The notes beneath the pieces are model-generated. The model saw only the letters and a program-made list of their open reading frames with translations. It was not told the DNA's origin and made no database searches. A stretch of DNA of 64,000 nt from Acidobacteriota bacterium (GTDB lineage Bacteria > Acidobacteriota > Terriglobia > Terriglobales > SCQP01): contig DAHVCP010000050.1 in the NCBI GenBank assembly GCA_027314025.1, forward strand, positions 5,753 through 69,752, given 5' to 3'. Every line of letters begins with the position of its first letter. Position 1 is the first letter of the stretch. The translations under genes and the position numbers were made by a program. This document shows positions 39,184 to 47,690 of the stretch, one piece after another.

Positions 39184-40698
39184 TTAGCTTGCATCCACCG
39201 TCCCTGGGTGCTCCGAGGGCCCGTCCGGCGATGCGGGTCGGTCCGAGTGAATGGGGATGCCGCTGATCAGGCCCTGATAGTGGATGAGGCGCTTGCCGAG
39301 AATCACCACGCCCTTAGACGTGATCTCATACTCGCGAATATCCTTGGCGTGATTGCCGCCCCGCATCTTGATCACCACGAGAATCTTGCGAAGCTGGCCA
39401 TCGATGGACACGTACCGGAGCCGGACGATGTCGTCGGCGAGAAAAGAAATTGAGTAGGTGCTGAACGGGAACTCAGTAAACGACTCGTCCACTTCCACCG
39501 TGCTCAGAATCGTCACCCCAATTCCCGTCAAAGCGAAGATCATGCGATAGAGCGATTCGCGAAAGTCGGCACGGAAGCCTGGCGACAGAGCCATTTCAAA
39601 GCCAGCCAGCGAATCAATGACCAGACGCTTGGCGCCAATCTTCTGCACGGCGTCGAGGATCGAGTGCATGGTCTCATCCACGGAGAGATCCAGCGGACGC
39701 AAATAGAGGATCTCGAGCTTTCCTTCCTTTTGCGGCGTTTCCAGATCCAACCCTAGGTTGGCGGCCCGCTCCGCGTAGGCCTGCGGACGCTCCTCAAAGA
39801 CGGCCACGATTCCCGACTCTCCTTGGCGTAGGCCCTCGGCAATGAATTGGGTTGCCAGGACCGATTTCCCGGTTCCCGAAGGCCCGGCTACGAGGACGCT
39901 GTCGCCTTCGCGAACGCCGCCACCGAGCATGTTGTCCAACTCGGGAACCCCGAAGCAAAGACGCCTATGGCTGGGCGGATTCCTCACGCGTCCAGTCAGC
40001 CCGAACGTGCGCGAAAACGCCTGCACGCCGGCCTCGGTAATTCGGAAGGTGTGCAGTCCCGGCACGGAATTCTGGCCGCGCAGTTTGATAATCTGCAGCT
40101 TTCGTACGATTGAGTTCCGCTCCGGCGTCTGACGCAACCAGAACAGCCCATCGGCGACGGTGAATATGGGATTGTCGTGCAGCTCGTCCTCGGCATATTC
40201 GCCGATCAGAAACGTTGTCGCCTGCCAGCTGGCCAAGAACAGCGATAACCGTTGAATGAACGATTGCAGGCTGATATCACTCAACGGCTTCCGCGCCATG
40301 GTTCGGAAGGAGTCGACGACTACAAATGCGGGATTGAACCGTTCAACCTCCGCGGTAATCCCATTCAAGACCGCGCCCAGGTCACCATCTAAGACCACCT
40401 GGCTCAGATTGAGGAAGCGAATGGTCCCCGGCAGCTTGGCTGGATCGAAAAAGGTGTACTGTTGCTGGTATCGCAGCATCTTGATGGCAGACTCGCCGAG
40501 GACGGTGAAGTAGAGCGCGGGCTGCGCCGGAGTGGCGTTGGCGAAAACAAATTGATGCGCCAGCGTCGTCTTGCCGCTGCCTGGTTCTCCCGCGATGATG
40601 TTGAAGGAAAATTCTGGGAGACCGCCCCCCACAATCTCGTCAAGCCCCGGAACGCCGGTAGATAATTTGCGGATCGTTACTTTGTCTTGGGTGCTCAT
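39184..40698 (-). CDS. KaiC-like double RecA-domain ATPase
   Basis: Two KaiC/RecA-like domains with Walker A motifs GEPGSGKTTLA and GPSGTGKSVLA, Walker B-like VVVDSF and LVIDSL, and the C-terminal KMRGGNHAKDIREYEI block. Start MSTQDK; ATGA overlap with the upstream ORF. Confidence 0.85.
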   Translation of the reverse strand: MSTQDKVTIRKLSTGVPGLDEIVGGGLPEFSFNIIAGEPGSGKTTLAHQFVFANATPAQPALYFTVLGESAIKMLRYQQQYTFFDPAKLPGTIRFLNLSQVVLDGDLGAVLNGITAEVERFNPAFVVVDSFRTMARKPLSDISLQSFIQRLSLFLASWQATTFLIGEYAEDELHDNPIFTVADGLFWLRQTPERNSIVRKLQIIKLRGQNSVPGLHTFRITEAGVQAFSRTFGLTGRVRNPPSHRRLCFGVPELDNMLGGGVREGDSVLVAGPSGTGKSVLATQFIAEGLRQGESGIVAVFEERPQAYAERAANLGLDLETPQKEGKLEILYLRPLDLSVDETMHSILDAVQKIGAKRLVIDSLAGFEMALSPGFRADFRESLYRMIFALTGIGVTILSTVEVDESFTEFPFSTYSISFLADDIVRLRYVSIDGQLRKILVVIKMRGGNHAKDIREYEITSKGVVILGKRLIHYQGLISGIPIHSDRPASPDGPSEHPGTVDAS

Positions 40699-41150
40699 GC
40701 TTTTCTCGCGTGCTCGGAATGGTAATCGTCGAGGGCTGCCCCTGGCCACGCAACCCGCAGCAGGCTCAAGGTCAAGGCGTCGCCAAGAAATGTAACAAGC
40801 AGGCAGAGTAGGCGAGCGATGAGGACGCGTCCTCCCTCGTCCGCCGGGGACTCGGCAGCCTGATCGTTGTCATTCTTCATTGGATGGCCATACTCGCCCA
40901 GACCCTGCAGTGACCCGTCTCCCGCAATCCGGGCCGCGCTAAGGCCGGGAGCTTCCGTTTGGGCCAGCGTCAAGGCGCGGGCAGCGAACGCTTGAAAACC
41001 CGCGATGCCCGCAAACTCGCTCACGCCCTGGCGTAGCTTCTCGTAGACGCGAAGCGCTGCAGGCTCCGAGGGCGCGGGGAGCGGGTTAGCGGCGGCTTCA
41101 TAAATGAGAAGACGACGGGCTAAATCTCGCATTCCCGGGGCGACCGTCAT
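40695..41150 (-). CDS. Hypothetical helical protein, paralog A of the KaiC-associated pair
   Basis: 151 aa, collinear with the N-terminal ~135 aa of the 231-aa ORF upstream (RDLARxxxxxEA..RVYExLR..GFQAxAARALxLA..LIAxLLxLxxTFLGxAxTLxL). Its stop overlaps the kaiC-like start. Confidence 0.65.
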   Translation of the reverse strand: MTVAPGMRDLARRLLIYEAAANPLPAPSEPAALRVYEKLRQGVSEFAGIAGFQAFAARALTLAQTEAPGLSAARIAGDGSLQGLGEYGHPMKNDNDQAAESPADEGGRVLIARLLCLLVTFLGDALTLSLLRVAWPGAALDDYHSEHARKA

Positions 41151-41297
41151 GTTGACACGTGGTGCAAGGCAGATGCGCTCATTTGCCGTTATCGGCCTCG
41201 TAGGTGGATCGGGGCGGCGCGTCCAGCCTGCCGCAATCGCCCGCGACCGTGAGGTGCGCCGCCTCCAGAGCCGCTCTGGGTACCGTGCGGGCGGAAC

Positions 41298-41993
41298 TCA
41301 ATGCACATAGCCATCGGCGGGCGGGAGCAGTGCGTCTTGCAGGGGGCCGCCAGCCTTGCTTTTGATGAGCGTGAAAACATCCAGCACCGTGGCAATGCTG
41401 TGAATGTTTCCCGCAACACTCAAGAGTCCCTCCTCCATCCCGGGGTACCGGGCCGCGAGGGCTGCAATATGCTCACCCACGCTCCTCAGCTGGTCAATGT
41501 CCACAAGAAGGTCGCCGAAAGCCGTAGCCGTTGCTGGTCCATCGGCAGCTGCCCCGACGACCGCGTCCGCTGCGGTGGTGGCCGGTTCTGCCGGGATGTC
41601 AGCCTGAAGGTGCAAATCGTCAATCAAATGCAGGGTTGTCGCCTCGCCAAGGAAGGTGAGAAACAGCCCGAGCAGCTGTGCAATCAGAGCGATGCCGGCC
41701 TCGCGATACGCATCCGCATCCGTCGGGGACTCAATTTCTTCCAGACCGCGCAAGGTGCCATTTGCCGCAACCTGGGCGGCGTTGAGGCGGGGTGATTGCC
41801 GCTTCGCTAGCGCCAAGGCACGAGCCGCGATCGCCTGAAAGCCGTCAGCACCCATGGTTGAGCCAAGCTGCCGACGCAGCGCCTCATAGACGCGCACCGT
41901 TGCGGGTTGGGCGCGCAGCGTGGTCGTACCGGCATCGGCCTCGCAAACAACGAAGCTGCGGGCCAAATCGCGCGTTTTGTCGGGTGGCGGCAT
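41298..41993 (-). CDS. Hypothetical helical protein, paralog B (with ~95-aa C-terminal extension)
   Basis: 231 aa with an AGGAG RBS before the ATG. Homologous to the 151-aa ORF. No family recognised. Confidence 0.7.
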   Translation of the reverse strand: MPPPDKTRDLARSFVVCEADAGTTTLRAQPATVRVYEALRRQLGSTMGADGFQAIAARALALAKRQSPRLNAAQVAANGTLRGLEEIESPTDADAYREAGIALIAQLLGLFLTFLGEATTLHLIDDLHLQADIPAEPATTAADAVVGAAADGPATATAFGDLLVDIDQLRSVGEHIAALAARYPGMEEGLLSVAGNIHSIATVLDVFTLIKSKAGGPLQDALLPPADGYVH

Positions 41994-42106
41994 CGCTCCT
42001 ATTCCCTGCTTTCACGCCGCGGCTCGCTTTGCACCTGAAGCGTTTACCGCAATGGCACTCCCATGCCGGCAGCTCCGGCAGCCAGACCCTCGAAATATGC
42101 CATTGC

Positions 42107-42135
42107 AATCTATCTTGGCATCAGCCAGGAGTCAA
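42107..42135 (-). promoter_or_regulatory. Sigma70-like promoter candidate for the KaiC-like cassette
   Basis: Minus strand TTGACT (42135-42130), 17-bp spacer, TAGATT (42112-42107). Immediately followed by a 9-bp inverted repeat (42098-42106 / 42049-42057). Confidence 0.35.
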
Positions 42136-42162
42136 TGGCTGAGCAAAAGTGAACCTCCGGCC

Positions 42163-42330
42163 GCAGGGGTCGCGCCGTTTGCACCTAGGCCAAGTCGGCG
42201 CGAAAAGGCCGCGACATTGCCTGCGCGCCCACGGCGCGCGGAAGAAGGCCGCGGCTCGCCTGAGCCAGCGCAGCGGCGCGGCCCCCAGCGACGCGTAAGC
42301 GGGGCAGCGCCCCGCGCCCGTCAATAGCGG
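42163..42330 (+). repeat. Dispersed repeat, family 1 (degenerate long form)
   Basis: Starts GGGGTCGCGCCGTTTGCACCTAGGC (compare 47524 GGGTCGCGCCGTTTGCACCTGGGC). Ends ..GACGCGTAAGCGGGGCAGCGCCCCGCGCCCGTCAATAGC. Confidence 0.65.
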
Positions 42331-42362
42331 TGCCGAGGCCCTCGTCCCCGGCCCCGCAGCGG

Positions 42363-42490
42363 CCAAAAATGAGCGGCTGTGAGCCGCCGGCGAGGCCGAG
42401 GCGGCGTGCGGGTGTGCGCAGGCGCCGGGTCGCTCGCGGCTGGCCGCGGGCAGGATGACCGCCAAGCCAGGGGCTGGGAATTGGTCTAAT
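42363..42490 (+). repeat. Right copy of the ~127-bp direct repeat bracketing the KaiC-like cassette
   Basis: CCAAAAATGAGCGGCTGTGAGCCGCCGGCGAGGCCGAGGCGGCGTGCGGGTGTGCGCAGGCGCCGGGTCGCTCGCGGCTGGCCGCGGGCAGGATGACCGCCAAGCCAGGGGCTGGGAATTGGTCTAAT. Ends 6 nt before the OYE start codon. Confidence 0.85.
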
Positions 42491-42496
42491 AGCTAC

Positions 42497-43588
42497 ATGG
42501 ACCATCTTTTCGCTCCCTGGCGCCAGCGCGGGCTGGATCTGAAGAACCGCATCGTGGTTTCGCCGATGTGTGAATATTCCAGCCAAGACGGCTTCGCCAA
42601 CGACTGGCACTTCGTGCATTTGGGCAGCCGCGGGATCGGCGGCGCGGGTTTGGTGTTTACGGAGGCGTCGGCGGTGACGCCCGAAGGCCGGATCAGTCCC
42701 GACGATTTGGGCATTTGGGACGACCGCCATATCGCCCCGCTGCGGCGCATCGTGGACTTCCTGCACCAGCACGGCGCCCGTGCCGGCATGCAACTGGCGC
42801 ATGCCGGCCGCAAAGGCAGCACCTTCGCGCCGGCCCGTGGCGAGGGCGCGGTGCCGCTGGAGCAGGGCGGCTGGACGCCAGTGGCCCCCAGCGCGTTACG
42901 CTTCGCGCCCAACTATCCCCTGCCGCGGGAGCTGGATGCCGCGGGCATCGCCGCCGTGGCCGCCGCCTTCGCCGCCGCCGCCCGCCGGGCGCTGGCCGCA
43001 GGCTTCGATGTGGTCGAAATTCACGCCGCTCACGGCTATCTGCTGCATGAGTTTTTGTCGCCGCTCAGCAATCAGCGCCAGGATGGTTACGGCGGCAGCC
43101 TGGAAAATCGCGGCCGCATCGTGGCCGAAGTGATCGCTGCCGTCCGCGCGGTTTGGCCGCAGGAGCGGCCGCTGTGGCTGCGCATCTCCGCCACCGATTG
43201 GGCGCCCGGGGGCTGGGACGTCGAACAGTCCGTGGCGCTGGTGAGCCGCTTGGCGCCGTTGGGCGTGGACCTGGTGGACTGCTCTTCCGGCGGCAACGTG
43301 GCGCAGGCGCAGATCCCGGTCGGCCCGGGATATCAGACCGCCTTCGCCGCCCGCATTCGCCGCGAGACCGGCACGGCCACTGGCGCGGTGGGCATGATCG
43401 TCGCGCCTGCCCAGGCCGACGCCATCATTCGCAGCGGCCAAGCCGACGTGGTGTTGCTGGCGCGGGAAATGCTGCGCGACCCCTATTGGCCGCTGCGCGC
43501 GGCGCGCGAACTGGGGCAGACGGCGGCGTGGCCGGTGCAATATCTGCGCGCCGCGCCCGCCGGCAGCCCCGCCGCCCAGCCGGTGTGA
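42497..43588 (+). CDS. NADH:flavin oxidoreductase, Old Yellow Enzyme family (YqjM/NamA type)
   Basis: NRIVVSPMCEYS, HFVHLGSRG, HAAHGYLLHEFLSPLSNQRQDGYGGS, ADVVLLAREMLRDPYW. Confidence 0.9.
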   Translation: MDHLFAPWRQRGLDLKNRIVVSPMCEYSSQDGFANDWHFVHLGSRGIGGAGLVFTEASAVTPEGRISPDDLGIWDDRHIAPLRRIVDFLHQHGARAGMQLAHAGRKGSTFAPARGEGAVPLEQGGWTPVAPSALRFAPNYPLPRELDAAGIAAVAAAFAAAARRALAAGFDVVEIHAAHGYLLHEFLSPLSNQRQDGYGGSLENRGRIVAEVIAAVRAVWPQERPLWLRISATDWAPGGWDVEQSVALVSRLAPLGVDLVDCSSGGNVAQAQIPVGPGYQTAFAARIRRETGTATGAVGMIVAPAQADAIIRSGQADVVLLAREMLRDPYWPLRAARELGQTAAWPVQYLRAAPAGSPAAQPV

Positions 43589-43594
43589 GCGCGC

Positions 43595-43810
43595 GGAGCG
43601 TTTACTGGCGCGGGCCCCAGCCCCGCCTGCGGCGGAGCGCCCCGCTTTGATGGGCGCGGGGCGTCGCCGCCCCGCTTAGGCGCTGCCGGGGGCTGCGCCG
43701 CCTCCTTTGCCCGGGGCAGGCCGCGGCGTGCCTGTGCGCGCCGCGCGGGCGCTGGAATTTCCGCGGCCTTCCCGCGACCGCTTTGCGCGTCGGGGCAAAA
43801 GCCGGGCCTG
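43595..43810 (-). repeat. Dispersed repeat, family 1 (long form, inverted orientation)
   Basis: The reverse complement reads ..CGCCTAAGCGGGGCGGCGACGCCCCGCGCCCATCAAAGCGGGGCGCTCCGCCGCAGGCGGGGCTGGGGCCCGCGCCAGTAAA. Confidence 0.7.
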
Positions 43811-43839
43811 GCGAAAGGAGTTAGCGGCAAATTGCTAAA

Positions 43840-44532
<693 letters not shown>

Positions 44533-44683
44533 GGCGGCGGCGCCCGATCTTGGATGCGGCCGCTGGCGGGCTTGCTCCGCAGCGGCCATTCGCGCCGCCC
44601 CTGCGCGGGCGGCGCCGCGGCGGGCCGCCGGCGGCCCTGCCATTGGCGCGCCAGGCGGCGGCGCGGCGGGCACGGTCCACGCC

Positions 44684-45715
44684 ATGAGCGGTGCTGCCTC
44701 CGGTTTCGGCAAAGGCCCGTGGGCGGTGATTGGCGCGGGCGGCTGGGGCACCGCCTTATCCGTGGTGCTGGCGCGGCAAGGGCATGCGGTGCGGTTGTGG
44801 GCGCGGCGGCCGGCGATCGCCGCCGCCATCGCCGAGCAGCGGGAAAATACCGTCTATTTGCCCGGCGTGCCGGTGCCGCCGGCGGTGCAGCCGACCGGCG
44901 ATTTGGCCGCCGCGCTGCGCGGCGCGGTGGGCGTCATCTTGGCGGCGCCGTCGGCGCACACCCGCGCGATCTTGGCCGATATGGCGCCGTATTTGTCGCC
45001 GGCGACGCCTTTGATCAGCGCCACCAAAGGCCTGGAACTCAGCTCGCTGATGCGCATGAGCGAGTTGGCGCAGGATGTGTTGCGGCCCCACTTCAACCGG
45101 CCGCCCCGCCACGCCGTGCTCAGCGGGCCCACGTTTGCCCGCGAAGTGGCGCAGGGCGAACCCGCCGCGGTGGTCATCGCCTCGGCGGATAGCGAACTGG
45201 CCGCGGATATTCAATCCTGCTTTTCCGACGCCACCCTGCGCCTGTACACCAGCACGGACGTGACCGGCGTCGAACTGGGCGCGGCGGTGAAAAACGTGAT
45301 CGCGATCGCCGCCGGCATCTGCGACGGCTTGGGGCTGGGGGCCAACACGCGCGCCGCGCTGATTGCCCGCGGGCTGGCGGAGATGGGACGCCTGGCGGCG
45401 GCCTGTGGCGGCCGGCGGGAAACATTGTCCGGGTTGGCCGGCCTCGGCGACCTGGTGCTGACCTGCACCGGCGACCTCAGCCGCAACCGCACCGTCGGAT
45501 TGGAACTCGGCCGGGGCCGGTCGCTGGAAGAGATCCTTGCCTCCCGGCCCACGGTGGCGGAGGGCGTCAACACCTGCGCCGCCACCATGCGCCTGGCCTC
45601 CCGCCACGGCGTCGAAATGCCCATCACCGAACAAATGCACGCCGTCTTGTTCCAGCAGCGGGCGCCCCGGGACGCGGTCCGCGCCTTGATGGAACGCTCC
45701 TTAAAGGCGGAATAA
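44684..45715 (+). CDS. gpsA: NAD(P)H-dependent glycerol-3-phosphate dehydrogenase
   Basis: VIGAGGWGTALS, NTVYLPGV, SGPTFAREVA, KNVIAIAAG, GDLVLTCTG.LSRNR. Start trimmed to MSGAASGFG (ATG at 44684). Confidence 0.9.
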   Translation: MSGAASGFGKGPWAVIGAGGWGTALSVVLARQGHAVRLWARRPAIAAAIAEQRENTVYLPGVPVPPAVQPTGDLAAALRGAVGVILAAPSAHTRAILADMAPYLSPATPLISATKGLELSSLMRMSELAQDVLRPHFNRPPRHAVLSGPTFAREVAQGEPAAVVIASADSELAADIQSCFSDATLRLYTSTDVTGVELGAAVKNVIAIAAGICDGLGLGANTRAALIARGLAEMGRLAAACGGRRETLSGLAGLGDLVLTCTGDLSRNRTVGLELGRGRSLEEILASRPTVAEGVNTCAATMRLASRHGVEMPITEQMHAVLFQQRAPRDAVRALMERSLKAE

Positions 45716-45957
45716 CGACAACGGTGGCGCGACGGCGCCGCCCGGCGCGGTCACCCCGCAGCGCCGGCTCCCTCGTCCAGCGGGGCCGGCCCAATGCCCC
45801 AACACCAAAGCAGATGCGCGCGGGTGACGGCGGAGTTGTCCAGCGCTGCGGTTTGGCTGCGGTCGGCGCGGCACGGCGCTGCCGAAATGACTGACATTTT
45901 GGCCGCTGCCAGACCGCTAAGTCCTCTGTTTTGATTCGCGCCGCGGCATAATTTTTG

Positions 45958-46422
45958 TCAGTGTCCGTTTCCGGCGCCGGACGCCGGGCCCCAGGGTTCC
46001 GGACCAGGCCGCCAGGCGCCGCCGGCCGTGCCATACGGGCTGGCAACCACGACGGTATAGCCATCCGGGTCCTTCATCCAGCATTCCCAATGGTTGGGCC
46101 CGCCGTCGCCCTCCGCAGGATTGCGATGGCGCGGCAGCACGATGGTGACGTTCATCTCCGCGGCGCGTTGCAGGACCGCGTCAAAATCGCCTACCTCGAA
46201 CCATAGAAGCACGCCGTTACCATACGGCTTATCGGCCGCGTCGCCGATGGCGCCATGCTCGTGCCCGACGCCAAAGCGGTGCAGTTGCAGCACCAGTTGG
46301 CCATCCGCGACCAGCTGCTCGTATTCCGTTCCCCCATGGTTGGAGCGGCAACCTAGGAGGCGCTGGTACCAGCGGCTGCTGGCTTCCACGTCGGTGACGG
46401 CGATGAGCGGCTGGGGGCGCAT
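45958..46422 (-). CDS. VOC-family (glyoxalase/bleomycin-resistance fold) protein
   Basis: VTDVEASSRWYQRLLG.. N-terminal beta-alpha-beta-beta-beta module and ..DPDGYTVVV. Confidence 0.75.
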   Translation of the reverse strand: MRPQPLIAVTDVEASSRWYQRLLGCRSNHGGTEYEQLVADGQLVLQLHRFGVGHEHGAIGDAADKPYGNGVLLWFEVGDFDAVLQRAAEMNVTIVLPRHRNPAEGDGGPNHWECWMKDPDGYTVVVASPYGTAGGAWRPGPEPWGPASGAGNGH

Positions 46423-46492
46423 TTGCCGACAGTGTAGCTGACACCGCCATGCTGGCGGGCCGCCAGCCGGTGGGACGGCGCCCGGCTTGCGC

Positions 46493-47494
46493 CTACCGCA
46501 CGGTTTGGAGGTGGGCGCGATACCAGGCCACGGTGGCCGCCAGGCCTTGTTGGAGGGACGTCCGCGCCCGCCAGTTCAGCTCCTGGGCGGCCCGCGCGGA
46601 GGCCAAATATTGCCGGTCAATTTCGCCTTGCGCGGTGGCGCGGATATCGGGCTGAAGGTCCGTGCGGCCGCAGGCGGCGAGGATGGCGTGGACCAAGGGC
46701 AGCACAGCGATCGGTTCGGCGCTGCCGAAGTTCAGGGCCTCGCCGCGGCAGCGCCCGTTCATCACCGCCTCGGCCAGCGCCAAATAACCGCGCACGGCAT
46801 CTTCGGCATACAGGTAATCGCGCACCGGCGTGCCATCGCTGCGAATCTCCGGCGGCTGGCCGGCCAAGGCCGATTGAATGGTGCCGGGGATGATGCGGGA
46901 AAAATTGAGATCGCCGCCGCCATATAAATTGGCGCAGCGGGTCACCGCCACCGGCAGGCCGTAGGTGTGGAAATAGGAGCGGGCCAGGATGTCGGCGCAG
47001 GCTTTGGAAGCGTCATACGGGAAGCGCGGCTGGAGGCAAAACTCTTCGCGATAGGGCAGCTCGGCGTGGTCGCCGTAGGCTTTGTCGCTGGAGGCGACCA
47101 GGACGGCGGCGATGCGGTCCGCCTGGCGGCGGCAAGCCTCCAGCACCGTCCAAGTGCCGCGAATGTTGGCCTCGAAGGTCGCCACCGGGCTGCGCCGCGC
47201 CGGCCCCACCAGCGTCTGCGCCGCCAGATGAAACACCACGCTAGCGTCGTATTCGACGATGGCCCGTTCGACGGCGGCGGCGTCTTCGATCGCGCCGGGA
47301 ACCCGGGTTACGCGCTCGCGCAGGGCGAACAAATCCAGGCCGTTGGGCCGCGGCTCGTCCCGCACCAGGGCGATCACCCGCGCCCCCGCCGCCAGCAGCG
47401 CCTGCGCCAGCCAGGCGCCAAAAAACCCGCTCGCGCCGGTGACCACCACGCCCCGGCCCTGCCACCTGGACTGTGCCGCCGAAGATCCTTGCAT
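46493..47494 (-). CDS. NAD-dependent epimerase/dehydratase (extended SDR; CDP/NDP-hexose 4,6-dehydratase-like)
   Basis: VVVTGASGFFGAWL Rossmann motif, ASSDKAYG, and the YDASKACAD catalytic YxxxK. Confidence 0.8.
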   Translation of the reverse strand: MQGSSAAQSRWQGRGVVVTGASGFFGAWLAQALLAAGARVIALVRDEPRPNGLDLFALRERVTRVPGAIEDAAAVERAIVEYDASVVFHLAAQTLVGPARRSPVATFEANIRGTWTVLEACRRQADRIAAVLVASSDKAYGDHAELPYREEFCLQPRFPYDASKACADILARSYFHTYGLPVAVTRCANLYGGGDLNFSRIIPGTIQSALAGQPPEIRSDGTPVRDYLYAEDAVRGYLALAEAVMNGRCRGEALNFGSAEPIAVLPLVHAILAACGRTDLQPDIRATAQGEIDRQYLASARAAQELNWRARTSLQQGLAATVAWYRAHLQTVR

Positions 47495-47523
47495 CGTTCT
47501 TGGATTGTAGCCTCTCTGCCGCG

Positions 47524-47690
47524 AGGGTCGCGCCGTTTGCACCTGGGCAATGCCGGCGGGAAACGGCCGCACAATTCCGCGGGACGGCCCGCCCCCGGCC
47601 CTGCCTGGCGCGTAAGCGGCGCTCCGCGCCGCGCCAATTCAAGCGGGACGCCCCGCCGCAGGCGGGGCTGGGCCCGCGCCCATCAATTTT
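47524..47690 (+). repeat. Dispersed repeat, family 1 (near-consensus long form)
   Basis: GGGTCGCGCCGTTTGCACCTGGGC....GGCGCGTAAGCGGCGCTCCGCGCCGCGCCAATTCAAGCGGGACGCCCCGCCGCAGGCGGGGCTGGGCCCGCGCCCATCAAT. Confidence 0.8.
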
